Of a DNA stretch of 32,000 bases, positions 1 to 10,541 are shown piece by piece. The position numbers were made by a program, and so were the translations under genes. The notes beneath the pieces are model-generated. The model was not told the origin of the DNA. It saw only the letters and a list, made by a program, of their open reading frames with translations, and ran no database searches. Position 1 is the stretch's first letter. Every line of letters starts with the position of its first letter. The DNA is from Mycoplasmoides genitalium G37 (GTDB lineage: Bacteria > Bacillota_I > Bacilli_A > Mycoplasmatales > Mycoplasmoidaceae): positions 30,001-62,000 of the forward strand of contig NC_000908.2 of the NCBI RefSeq assembly GCF_000027325.1, in the 5' to 3' direction.

Positions 1-123
1 GGCAAGAAAAAAAGCACGCCTTGTAACTGGTTATGAACTTGATGTACCCCAATTTATTAATACTGGTGATAAGATTGTAATTGCCACTGTTGATGGCAAT
101 TACCGTGAAAGGTTTAACAAATA
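1..123 (+). CDS. efp: Elongation factor P, C-terminal fragment (5' end lies outside the window)
   Basis: Frame 1 is open from base 1 to TAA 121-123. The translation [40 protein letters not shown] has the EF-P C-terminal pattern (VP.FI..GD.I.v.T..G.Y..R). Confidence 0.8.
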
Positions 124-548
124 AATTAACTAGAACCCAAAGACGAATTGCTGTAGTGGAATTTATCTTTTCTCTCCTCTTTTTCTTACCTAAAGAAGCT
201 GAAGTTATTCAAGCAGATTTTTTAGAGTATGATACTAAAGAACGACAACTAAATGAATGACAAAAACTAATTGTTAAAGCATTTAGTGAAAATATCTTCT
301 CTTTTCAAAAGAAAATTGAAGAACAACAATTGAAAAATCAATTAGAAATTCAAACTAAATACAATAAAATATCAGGAAAAAAGATTGATCTTTTAACTAC
401 TGCAGTTGTTTTATGTGCACTTAGTGAACAAAAGGCACATAATACTGATAAACCACTTTTAATTAGTGAGGCATTGTTGATTATGGATCATTATTCACAA
501 GGTGCTGAAAAAAAACAAACTCATGCTTTATTAGATAAGCTCTTGTAA
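93..548 (+). CDS. nusB: Transcription antitermination factor NusB-like protein
   Basis: Open frame from ATG 93 (alternative GTG 105) to TAA 546-548, with one in-frame TGA (258-260) read as Trp. The N-terminus [26 protein letters not shown] has the Arg-rich start typical of NusB. It overlaps the efp 3' end by 31 nt. The start choice is uncertain. Confidence 0.65.
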
Positions 549-1153
549 TGAAACGTAACTGAAGACAACACTATAATGTTTTTTTAGCTAATCTAGTTTT
601 AGTATTTGGCTTTGCTTTAAATATTTTGGTTGCAAAACAATCTTTAAATAACACAACGCCCCAGTTCAGGTTTTTGTTTGTAACTCCTTTTCTTGGCGTT
701 GTCATAGGTGCTGTTCTCTATTTTTTTGATGTTAAGTGGTTTTTAATTGACTATCCATACAAGAAATTTCACTTTCAAAAAAAATGAGCAATTGTTTATT
801 TATCAGGGGTTATTGTATTTTTTTTAAATGTTTTAATTGGAGTAGTTTTACTTGTTGTAATGGTTAATTACATTACTAACCAAATTCTTGAAAGGGAATA
901 TGAAAGATTATTTACAAATTCATTACCTTATTTATGATCAACAACAGGAACTAGTATTGTTTTAAGTCTTATTAGTATAGGAATGAGTAAAACTGCACAT
1001 TTTTTTATTGATATAGAGATTTTGAAAGCCAAAAAAGGAGAACCCACTGATCCTAATAAAACTGATAATAGAGCAGTTGTTATTAATCTTGATGAGAATA
1101 AAAAGAATGAAAAAGAACAGTCCCCTCCTTCTGCAGAAATGACTAGTCTTTAA
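548..1153 (+). CDS. Hypothetical integral membrane protein (201 aa, about 4 predicted TM segments, charged C-terminal tail)
   Basis: ATG 548-550 overlaps the nusB stop (TAATG). The frame is open to TAA 1151-1153 once three in-frame TGAs are read as Trp. Hydrophobic stretches include LANLVLVFGFALNILVA, FLFVTPFLGVVIGAVLYFF, AIVYLSGVIVFFLNVLIGVVLLVVMV and TSIVLSLISIGM. I recognise no family motif. Confidence 0.75.
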
Positions 1154-1703
1154 TTTCACTACCAAATAACCTTTTATGAACAAGCTCATTTAAAGTGTTA
1201 TCTTTTAAAAAAGTGCACACAATAACTGTTGCAAATTCCAAAGCACAACCAGCACTTCTTGCTGTTATTAATTTATTTGCTACTGTTACTTTTGCTGTTG
1301 ATCTGTTTTCAGACATAACTAAATTTGGGTTTGGAAAAGAAGAATAGATCTCATCTTTAGTGATAATACCATGTTTAAATAGAACATTCGGTGTGTCACA
1401 AATAGCAAAAAGATAAAGGTTATTTACTTTGAAATAATTAATTGTTTTAAGCAGTTTTTCATCTTTATCTAAGTGTTTTGTAGCTCCTATTCCACCGGGA
1501 ATATAAACTGCATCAAATTCTGATAAGTTAATGGTGTTGACAATATTGTTAACTTCAACAACACCATTACTAGCAGTTATCTTTTTTAATGAATGGTGAT
1601 AACATGTTGTTTGTATTGTTTTAATGAAACTAAATACAACCATTACATTAGTATATTCAACATCATTCATCTCTGGATAGACAATAACAAGTATCTTTTT
1701 CAT
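1143..1703 (-). CDS. DJ-1/PfpI family protein (186 aa)
   Basis: Starts at MKKILVIVYPEMNDVEY (ATG 1701-1703) and stops at TAG 1143-1145. It has the class-I glutamine-amidotransferase-like fold signature, with a nucleophile-elbow Cys in LFAICDTPNVL (Cys codon 1398-1400) and YIPGGIGA. The 13 codons upstream in the track ORF overlap upp and were dropped. Confidence 0.85.
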   Translation of the reverse strand: MKKILVIVYPEMNDVEYTNVMVVFSFIKTIQTTCYHHSLKKITASNGVVEVNNIVNTINLSEFDAVYIPGGIGATKHLDKDEKLLKTINYFKVNNLYLFAICDTPNVLFKHGIITKDEIYSSFPNPNLVMSENRSTAKVTVANKLITARSAGCALEFATVIVCTFLKDNTLNELVHKRLFGSEIKD

Positions 1704-1704
1704 T

Positions 1705-2325
1705 TTATTTAGTACCAAATAAACGGTCCCCAGCATCACCAAGACCAGGGATTATGTATCTATTGTCATTTAACTTTTCATCAATTGCTGCAAGAAATAT
1801 ATCAACATGAGGATGCATTTTTTCTACTTTATTAATTCCTTCAGGTGCTGCTACTATAGCAATAACACTAATTTTGATAGGTTTATCTTCTTTAATAGAT
1901 TTAATAGCAGTTAACAATGTAGTTCCAGTAGCAAGCATAGGATCAAGAATAATAACATGTGAATCAGAGATGTTTTCAGGCATCTTTTTATAGTATGAAA
2001 TTACACTGGTTGTTTGGGTTTGACGATAGATTCCTAAATGACCAACTCTGATTTTATCTGAATAGCGAACAATAGCATCAATCATTCCAAGTCCAGCACG
2101 CATAATAGGTACAAGAACAATGTCATTTTTTAATTTGTAGCCCTTTGTTTTAGCAAAGGGAGTTTCAACTTCAACTGTTGCTAGTGGTAGCTGTTTAGTT
2201 GCTTCAAAAAAGAGTAATGAAGTGATTTGATTCAAGGCCATGCGAAACTGGGAGGTTGTTGTATTTTTATCACGCAGTTTTGTCAATTCATTCAAGATTA
2301 AAGCATGTTGAACTTTTTTTATCAC
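1705..2325 (-). CDS. upp: Uracil phosphoribosyltransferase
   Basis: 206 aa, GTG start (2323-2325), TAA stop 1705-1707. It carries the PRPP-binding motif [13 protein letters not shown] and the C-terminal [16 protein letters not shown] typical of Upp. Confidence 0.95.
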   Translation of the reverse strand: MIKKVQHALILNELTKLRDKNTTTSQFRMALNQITSLLFFEATKQLPLATVEVETPFAKTKGYKLKNDIVLVPIMRAGLGMIDAIVRYSDKIRVGHLGIYRQTQTTSVISYYKKMPENISDSHVIILDPMLATGTTLLTAIKSIKEDKPIKISVIAIVAAPEGINKVEKMHPHVDIFLAAIDEKLNDNRYIIPGLGDAGDRLFGTK

Positions 2326-2358
2326 GTTAGTTATCTTTAAATAAGTTTAAACTAAAAA

Positions 2359-5300
2359 TTAGTTGAAAAGTTTATGATCATCTTGATGTTCAAATTCATC
2401 AAACAGTTGTAATTGTTCCATCGTTTCAACGTGTTTTTTAGTAATTTTGGTTCTTTTTTTGAAATCATTTAAGGAAGCAAATGGTTTTTCATTTCTTGCT
2501 TCTACAATTGAAGAAGCTACCGCTTCTCCCATTCCTGGAATAGTGATGAAAGGCGCAATTAAAACACCATTATGTTCAACAAACATCCTTGCATTAGAGT
2601 TTTGAATAGAGATTTGTTGCAACTTTATATTGCGTGCCATCATTTCTAAATAAACTTCATAACTTGTTAAAAGCTCCGCTTCTTTTGGTTTAATCTTTTT
2701 TATTCTGTAAAGCTTATTAAGTTCATCTAAACGGTTTTTAATAAATTCATACCCTTTTTCAAAACCATTAATATCATGTTCCTTTAGTTTGAAACTTAAT
2801 AAACAAGCATAGTAACTCAAAGGGTGATAAAGCTTAAATCAAGCAATTCTTCAAGCCATTAAAACATAAGCTGCAGCATGTGCCTTAGGGAATAGATAAT
2901 TAATTTTTAAACAAGCATTAATCCAATATTGTTCAACACCACAGTTTTGCATCAGGCTAACTTCTTTAGCATTTACTTTAATACCTTTTCTTACTTTTTC
3001 CATGATTTCAAAAGCATCTTTTGCTTGCATCCCTTTATTAATTAGATAAAGCATGATGTCATCTCTACAAGCAATTACATCTCTTAAAGTTAACCTATTG
3101 CTTTTAATTAGTTTTTGTGCATTATCTGCTCACACGTTTTTACCATGGCTTAATCCTGAAACTCTAATTAAGTCAGCAAAGTCTTTAGGTTTTGTCTGTT
3201 CTAAAATTTTTCTAACAAATTTAGTCCCAAATTCAGGGATACCAACCGCTCCTGTAACTTCATCAACAATGCCTGGTTTTAGGTTTAATGGTTTGTTTGA
3301 AGAAAACATCGAAATTAAGTTCTTATCAAAGTGAGGGATATTTTGGGGATTTATCTTAGTTAGATCAGCTAAGTGCTTTAACATTGTTGGATCATCTTGA
3401 CCTAAGATATCAAGTTTTAATATGGCATCACCTAATGCATCATATTCAAAATGGGTGGTCTTTCATTCACTTTCAACATCATCTGCTGGAAAACCACAGG
3501 GAGTAAATTCATAAACAGAATGATCACTAGGAAAGATCATAATTCCCCCTGGATGTTGCCCTGTTGTTCTCTTAATTCCTATAAGCTTTTGTTTAAATCT
3601 TTCAATTTCAGCAGTAGTTGCAAGATCAACACGTTTAATGATTTCAAAATAGTTTCTAGCATAACCATAAGCAGTTTTTTCAGCAACTGTTGCAATTGTT
3701 CCTGCCCTGAAGGTGTTATTAACTCCAAATAATTTTCTGACATAATCATGGGCTTTAGCTTGATATTCGCTAGAAAAATTAAGATCGATATCAGGAATTT
3801 TATCACCAGAAAAACCCATAAAAGTAGCAAAAGGAATGTTATGACCATCACCTTTGAAACTTGCTTTTTCATGGCATTTAGGACAATCACGAATCATCAA
3901 ATCATATCCATCATCAACACTGTCACTAACTTCAAAGTAATGACATTGTTCACAAAGATAATGAGCAGCTAATGGATTGATTTCTGATATACCAATTAAA
4001 TTAGCAATTAAAGAAGAGCCTATAGAACCACGTGGACCTACAAAATAACCATCTTTAACAGATTGTTCTACTAATAGATGGGAAATTCAAAAGACAATTC
4101 CAAAACCATTACTAATGATTGCATTTAGTTCTTTTTCAATTCTTTCCTTAATAAGTTTAGGTAAATTTTTACCATACCTTTTTTCAGCTTGTTTTCAAGT
4201 TTTATCAATTAATTTTTGGTTAGAATCTTGCATCACTGGTGGATAAAGCTTGTTTTTAGTTGGTACTAATTCATTTAAGTCAAGTAGCTTCACTATCTTA
4301 TTAGTGTTTTCAACGACTAATTTATAGGCAATATCTTCTCCTAAAAAACTCATTCTTTTTAGCATCTCATCAGTGGTGTGAAGAAATACTTCAGGAACGG
4401 TTTGTTCTTTTTCTTTATTGTTAAAGTGTCTATGTCATTTCCCACCTAAGCCCTTAGCACAAACTATTGCCTTATAATATTCATTTTCCCAAGGATGGAT
4501 AAAGTAAGCATCAGATGCAACAGCAACTAATTTCTTAAGTTTTGTTGCTGTTTTGATAACTAGTTTGATTGCATCATTAATAAGTTCTTTTTTCAGTCCT
4601 TCACGTAGTGTATAACCAAGGTAAGCATTGGGTTGTGAAATAAGCACAAAGTCAACTTTTTCAATTGCTTTTTCAAGTTCATTAATTGGTTTTGTTAATG
4701 CAGCTTTAAAGATGTCACCCTGAACAGGGTTTTCTGTTAATAAAAAAGATTTTCTAAATTTAGCTAAGCTGCTAGCTAAAACTAATGGTCTGTTAGCATT
4801 ATGATCTGTTAATGCAATTGATAACATCTCATATAGGTTTTGAAAGCCCCGTTGGTTTTTTACATAAACGATTGCTGTGTTTGTAAATACCCTTTTCATC
4901 AGATCAATTTGACACTTTTTATTTAGGTTTTGATCTATCTCTGTTAAGGTATTAATACCCATTTCTTTTAACTGCTTTTTAAAGTAAAAGAAAACTTTTT
5001 TTAAAGCTTCTGTATCATATTCAGCACGGTGTAATCTTTCATCATCAAATTCAAGTTTTAGTTTAGAACAAATATTGCTTAAAGTATGGGATGAAAACAA
5101 GGGATTCAATGCTCATGATAAACATAAGGTATCAATCAGTGGGTTTGTTAATGGTTTGATGTTGTATTTTTCAAATTGAGTTTGCAAAAAGGGTAAATCA
5201 AAATTAATACCATTATGAGCTACCATAACACAATCATCTAGATAATTTCTTATCTTTTCTAAACCTTGCTGTTGATCAATACCGCCTTCAAGCATCTCAT

Positions 5301-6714
5301 CAGTTATTTTGGTGATTTCAGTGATTGTTTTTGGGATAGGTTTGTCAATTTTTAAAAAGAATTGCTGATGATCTATCTCGCTGTTATTCTTAATTTTGCG
5401 TGCTGAAAACTCAATAACATCATCATACCTACCATGTAATCCAGTGGTTTCAATATCAAAAATAACAAAGGTGGCATCACTTAACTTAGTGTTATCTGGG
5501 TTGTGAACAATTTTGATGTGATCATCAGTTAAGTTGAATTCCAAACCATAGATAGCTTTTAAATCATATTTTTTAGCCACTTCATAAAACTTGGGATAAA
5601 TATGGATATTATCTTTATCTGTAACAGTTATTGCTTTTCAACCTCTTTCTTTAGCAAACTGTGCATATTCTTCAATGTCATTGATACCATCAAAAGCAGT
5701 CATTTTAGTATGAAAAACTAACTCCACTCGCTTTTGTTTTGATAAATCTAACCTTTTATAGTTATTAGGTATTTCAACAGGATTTATCTCTCTAACAATT
5801 CCATATAAGATTTGAGTATTAGGGTCACGTTCTACTTGGATATGGGCTTTTATCCAATTGCCAATAGTAATTCCTTCAATCTTTTTTTCATCAGTATAGG
5901 ATCATTTCAAAATTAACGATCCACCTAATTGAAAATCAGTTACATAGATATTAAGTGTTTTTTTACCAGTTAAACTTTCATGGGTTTTTAATTCAAAGAT
6001 TTGCCCAATAATCTTGACATCATCGATCTGTTGGTTAATCTTGTGGATAGGGATAAATTCTGTTGCAAATACCTTTGTTTCAAACTGCTTATCATATTGA
6101 GAAACAGTTACAGCTTTTACTTTTAATTTAGATTCATTTTTATCAATAGGATAAAGTGCAATGAAGTTAAAGTTTTTAAAACCAGCATTATTCATCCAAA
6201 AAATGAAAGATTTACTTTTTTGAACTAATCATTCAGTTAATTCTTTGGTTTGACATTGTGCTTTTAATTCGTCATTTTCATAACTAAGAAAATTGGGATT
6301 ACTTAACTCTTGTTCAATGAGAATTTTGTATTTCTTATCTTTTGAAAAGAAACTGTGAAAATAGTCTTTAATAATAGCTATCGTTACAGAAGAAAAACTA
6401 TTTTTTGATTTAAAGAATGGCTCATTCTCCTTAAAGGTAATGGTAAGTTTAAAAGATTCATTATCAGCTTTAAATCCCTCATTTAATTCATTAAATCCTT
6501 CATATAAAGCATTTCAAATATCAATAGTTAAAGGGCGACTAATAGTTATTGCAAATAGAAAAACCTTCTCTTCAATATATTTATTAAAGTAAATTGATTC
6601 AATCCTTTCAATTAAGCTGTTAAGCTCATTGTGGTCAAGGATATTGTTATCTATCAAAAAATTGGAGAGTGCAAGAACCTTTTTATCTTTTTCATTCTCA
6701 AGATTAAATACCAT
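2359..6714 (-). CDS. polC: DNA polymerase III alpha subunit, Gram-positive type PolC (1451 aa)
   Basis: Eight track fragments share one reverse frame (tops 2820, 3054, 3384, 3900, 5109, 5580, 6195, 6714) and join across in-frame TGAs. ATG is at 6712-6714 and TAA at 2359-2361. It has the DEDD 3'-5' exonuclease motif FVIFDIETTGL plus HNGINFDLPFL, polymerase core segments and a C-terminal helix-hairpin-helix region (IPGMGEAVASSIV). Confidence 0.97.
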
Positions 6715-6790
6715 AAGCGTTTATTAAAAAAATCAAAATAAAAGATCGAAATTTATCAATAATTATTTTTAGTTTTAGCCACTTTTTCGT

Positions 6791-6807
6791 AAAAAAAAAA
6801 AAAAAAA
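6791..6807. repeat. A17 homopolymer tract in the polC/MG032 divergent intergenic region
   Basis: Direct reading gives cgt + 17 consecutive A + gcag. It lies 77 nt upstream of the polC start codon (opposite strand) and 170 nt upstream of the downstream ATG at 6977. Confidence 0.95.
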
Positions 6808-6976
6808 GCAGTTTTTGCTATTTTAGACTAAAAGTGGTTATATACCAAAATTTAAACCTTCTTTTGGTTAGTTCTTACTAACAGTTTTAAATGTTACACA
6901 AGTTTTTCAAAGTGTGAATTTAAAAACTTCAAATAGTTGTTTATTCTGTATCTAATTAACCTTTAATCTTTCAATA

Positions 6977-8977
6977 ATGAAAACAATTCATAAACTATTT
7001 TTAGGTCTTTGTTTACCCGCAACATTAGGTCCTTTACTTGGAATTGTTGTTACAAATACTGACCAAAGTATTAAGTTTACAAGCAAATCAAATTCGATTA
7101 ATAAGAATAACCAAAATAAAGAGTTGGCTCTACTTAGAGATAATTTGATGAACGAAGCGAAAGTTGATGAACCACTTTCCTTTGAAAAACGGTTTGAAAA
7201 CTTTAAAAATAAGTATAGTGATATACATAGCTTAAATAACAGTGTTTTTTCACTTCATGACGTTTATGACTTATTAGGTGGATTTAAACAATCATTGACA
7301 ACATTTTTTGATGAAGTGATTGCCCAACAACAAAAGATCAAGGATGCAGATAAGATCTTTCCAAGTACTAAAGATAATCCACCTAAAGAAGAAAATCCTA
7401 ATGTTTTAGATACACTAGCTAACTACCAAGGAGCAGGATTTTTCCCTAGTTTAGGTAAAAATGGTTTTAATTTACCTGAAGCAGTGTTCCAAAATTTCAC
7501 TGATTTTAGGATTAATGACTACAAGATTAAAAATTTTAATGTTGATCTTGTTAGTGAAAATGACATTATTAAACATGATAAAGTTCGTTATGCTTTTGAA
7601 GTTAAGTTCAATATTGCTTTAGTTTTATCTATTAATAAGTCAAATGTTGATTTTGACTTTGATTTCATTTTAAAGACTGATAATTTCTCAGACATTGAAA
7701 ACTTTAATGAAATTTTCAACAGAAAACCTGCTTTACAATTTCGTTTTTATACCAAGATCAATGTACATAAGTTAAGTTTCAATGGTAGTGATTCCACTTA
7801 CATTGCCAATATCTTGTTACAAGATCAGTTCAACCTATTAGAAATTGATTTAAATAAATCTATTTATGCATTAGATCTTGAAAATGCTAAAGAACGCTTT
7901 GATAAGGAATTTGTTCAACCTCTTTATCAAAAACGACGTGAAGCAAAGCTTGCTTGAGAAGAAGAACAGAGACGCATTGCTGAAGAACAACGTAGACAAG
8001 AAGAGGAGAGAGCTAGAATCTTAAAAGAGTTAAAAGAAAAAGCTGAGAAAGATAAAAGAGTTAAAGAAGCACAAAACAACCTTCAAAAAGCACTTGGTAA
8101 CTTAGATACTTTCTTTAACTTCTTTAGCAGTGGTCAAGATAGAGTTTTACTTGGTTTTGATCCAAATAAATACAATGTGCAAACTCGTGAAGGTTTGTTT
8201 AAAGCATTACAAATTTCCTATTCTAACTTCAAAACTTGAACATTCTATATCTCCTTGTTGGGGTGAAAAGAAGGTAGTGTTAAACTGTTGAAAAAACCTA
8301 TCTGAAATGCCTTGAGAGATGATAAAGCATTTCAATATGCTTTTGGTTTAGGTCCAAATACTTCTGAACAACAACTTGGTAGAGTAACCCTACCTGGTTA
8401 TGGTTATGAAGGAATTAGAATGAGTGATTGGTTGAGGTGAGCATTGGGTTACTATACTAGTTTCACTTTAAGTCCACCTAAAAATGTTGAAGCTAATCTT
8501 ATAGGTGATGCTAATGATAAAAAACACATTTGAATCTCACCTCATACTTTCAAATTAAACAGAGAGTATGGTGATGGTGAAAGATTCAAAGGTAAAGCAT
8601 ATCGTTTTAAACTATCAATAAGTTTTGAACTAGAAGGTCATTTAACTGCCCACTGATGAACAATTGCCTTTAGAGGTAGTATTCCTGGAAGCTGAAGTGG
8701 TAAGTTAAGAGTTACCCATGAGTTTGATGGTGATGTGCCTTACTATAGATTACATACAACTCCACCACAATATCGTTTAACTGATGATATGAAATTATTG
8801 TTTGTTCCGCACAGTATCCAAAGGGTAACTGCAGTTGGTAATGAAAGCATTAATGGTCTTCTCAGATCACAAAACCTTCATAACTTGGAACGTCAATCAT
8901 ATGAAGCGACTGCTCCTATTGATTTAATATCATATATGCTTTATGCAATTAGTGATAAAAAACCACCTCAAAAATAA
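6977..8977 (+). CDS. Conserved Mycoplasma protein of unknown function (666 aa) with an N-terminal signal/anchor, a charged coiled coil and a Trp-rich C-terminal domain
   Basis: ATG 6977 to TAA 8975-8977 is open in one frame when 9 in-frame TGAs are read as Trp (7955, 8237, 8264, 8303, 8438, 8531, 8654, 8657, 8690). The hydrophobic N-terminus is [25 protein letters not shown]. An [39 protein letters not shown] segment spans about 7958-8080. From memory it corresponds to MG032, a member of a small paralogous Mycoplasma family. Confidence 0.85.
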
Positions 8978-9126
8978 GTTTTATATCATTAACGTTTAAA
9001 TAAATATTATTGCTAAGATTACTTTAAACTTGTTAGCAAACTTTAATCATTTTTTAGCTAAATTAAACAACCAGTTAATTAGTAAACAGTTCCAGAATTA
9101 AAATCAAATATTAGTTAGTTTTTATT

Positions 9127-9903
9127 TTGTATTTTCAAAATTCTACTCAATTAGGATGATGGTTTCTTGCTGAATTGATAGGAACATTTATCCTAATTAT
9201 CTTTGGTAATGGTGCAGTTGCCCAAGTTAATTTAAAGAAGATGGCTACAAGTGAAACAAAAGCCAAGTTTTTAACAGTTGCACTTACTTGAGGAATAGGT
9301 GTTTTATTTGGTGTTTTAACTGCTAATGCTATCTTTAAGGGTAGTGGTCATTTAAACCCTGCTATATCATTATTTTATGCAATTAATGGCAGTATCAAAT
9401 CACCTACTGCATTAATATGACCTGGTTTTGTAATTGGGATTTTAGCTCAATTCTTAGGTGCAATGATAGCTCAAACAACACTTAACTTTTTATTTTGAAA
9501 ACAACTATCATCAACCGATCCACAAACAGTTCTAGCAATGCATTGTACAAGTCCTAGTGTATTTAACATTACTAGGAATTTTCTAACTGAATTTATTGCA
9601 ACTTTAATATTGATAGGTGGAGTTGTTGCTGCTAGTCACTTTCTTCATAACAACCCAAACTCTGTTCCTCCTGGATTTATGGGGCTTTGATTGGTTGCTG
9701 GGATTATTATTGCTTTTGGTGGCGCTACAGGCTCCGCAATTAATCCTGCAAGGGATTTGGGAACTAGAATTGTGTTTCAATTAACTCCAATTAAAAATAA
9801 GGATGCGAATTGAAAGTACAGCTGAATTCCAGTAATTGCTCCTTTATCTGCAGGATTAGTTTTATCAATAATTATTGGGTTTTCCCCTGCACCTGTTCTT
9901 TAA
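9127..9903 (+). CDS. glpF: Glycerol uptake facilitator (aquaglyceroporin, 258 aa)
   Basis: The TTG at 9127 is the first start after an in-frame TAG (9112-9114); TAA is at 9901-9903. Both MIP-family NPA boxes are present: HLNPAIS (NPA 9355-9363) and AINPARD (9742-9750). Several in-frame TGA Trp codons occur. Confidence 0.92.
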
Positions 9904-10513
9904 AGTTTTTGGTTTTAACAGTAACGTGCTTTTTAGTTAAAAATGAGTGGTGCAGTTTGCATCTAGCTTCATAAGCTTCTGCATCACCAATTAAGACAAG
10001 GTTATCATTAGTATTTTTATTTACTAGTCTTTGGGTTCGTTGTGCTAAACTACCACAAACATTGCAAATAGCATCAAGTTTATTAACTACATCAGCTATT
10101 GCTAAAAGTTGGGGAATACAACCAAAAGGCTCAGCTCTAAAATCAGTATCAAGCCCAGAAATAATTACATTTGTTCCTATCTCATTGAGAGTTGTAACAA
10201 CTTCTATAATCTCATTTGAAAAGAATTGTGCTTCATCAATGGCAACAATTTGATAGTTTTTATCAACTAAGTGATCATAGATCTCAAAAGGAGAATTAAT
10301 AGTTATTGCTTGATCATATTCACCGTTGCGTGATTTGACAATATTAGTTTGTCTAGTATCAATTATTGGTTTGAAGATAACAACTGAAATTTTGGCTATC
10401 TTTCACCGTTTTATTTTGTGAAGTAATTTCTCTGTTTTTCCAGAAAACATTGGGCCACAAATAACTTCAGTTCAGCCCTTTTTGGTTTGAAAAGATGGTT
10501 GATATTTACCCAT
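9872..10513 (-). CDS. tdk: Thymidine kinase (213 aa)
   Basis: ATG 10511-10513. It has the P-loop [18 protein letters not shown], and zinc-ribbon cysteines ICNVCG...ARCKLHH. The first in-frame TAA/TAG is at 9872-9874, so the tail KEQVQGKTQ is encoded antisense to the last 32 nt of glpF. Confidence 0.9.
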
Positions 10514-10541
10514 ATAATTTCGAAATTATAATTAATGACAC

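Noticed and set aside
962-1189. Minus-strand 75-aa ORF.
   Set aside because: It is antisense to the 3' part of the 548..1153 membrane-protein gene and overlaps the DJ-1 gene end. It has no motif, and its composition is that of an antisense artefact.
1704-1742. A 13-codon N-terminal extension of the DJ-1/PfpI ORF ([13 protein letters not shown]).
   Set aside because: It would overlap the conserved C-terminus of upp. The family fold begins at MKKILVIV, which has its own ATG 1 nt after the upp stop.
3053-3972. Track ORFs 3053..3334(+), 3451..3732(+), 3579..3890(-) and 3748..3972(+), lying inside or antisense to polC.
   Set aside because: They lie wholly within the polC coding region, either in other frames or on the other strand. 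Their low-complexity Leu/Ser/Phe/Ile-rich translations are typical of antisense AT-rich DNA, and polC homology explains the region.
6977-7051. Calling the 666-aa protein a lipoprotein because of the Cys in FLGLCLPA.
   Set aside because: The residues preceding the Cys (L-G-L) do not fit the usual lipobox, which has a small residue (G/A/S) at -1. A signal peptide or N-terminal anchor is all the sequence supports.
9010-9055. A possible rho-independent terminator after the 666-aa gene: TTGCTAA (9010-9016) paired with TTAGCAA (9033-9039), followed by a T6 run (9050-9055).
   Set aside because: The stem is only 7 bp and AU-rich with a 16-nt loop, and the T run starts 10 nt after the stem rather than abutting it. 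Such pairings are expected by chance in this composition.
10062-10253. Plus-strand 63-aa ORF.
   Set aside because: It is antisense to the central, well-conserved part of tdk and has no recognisable features.
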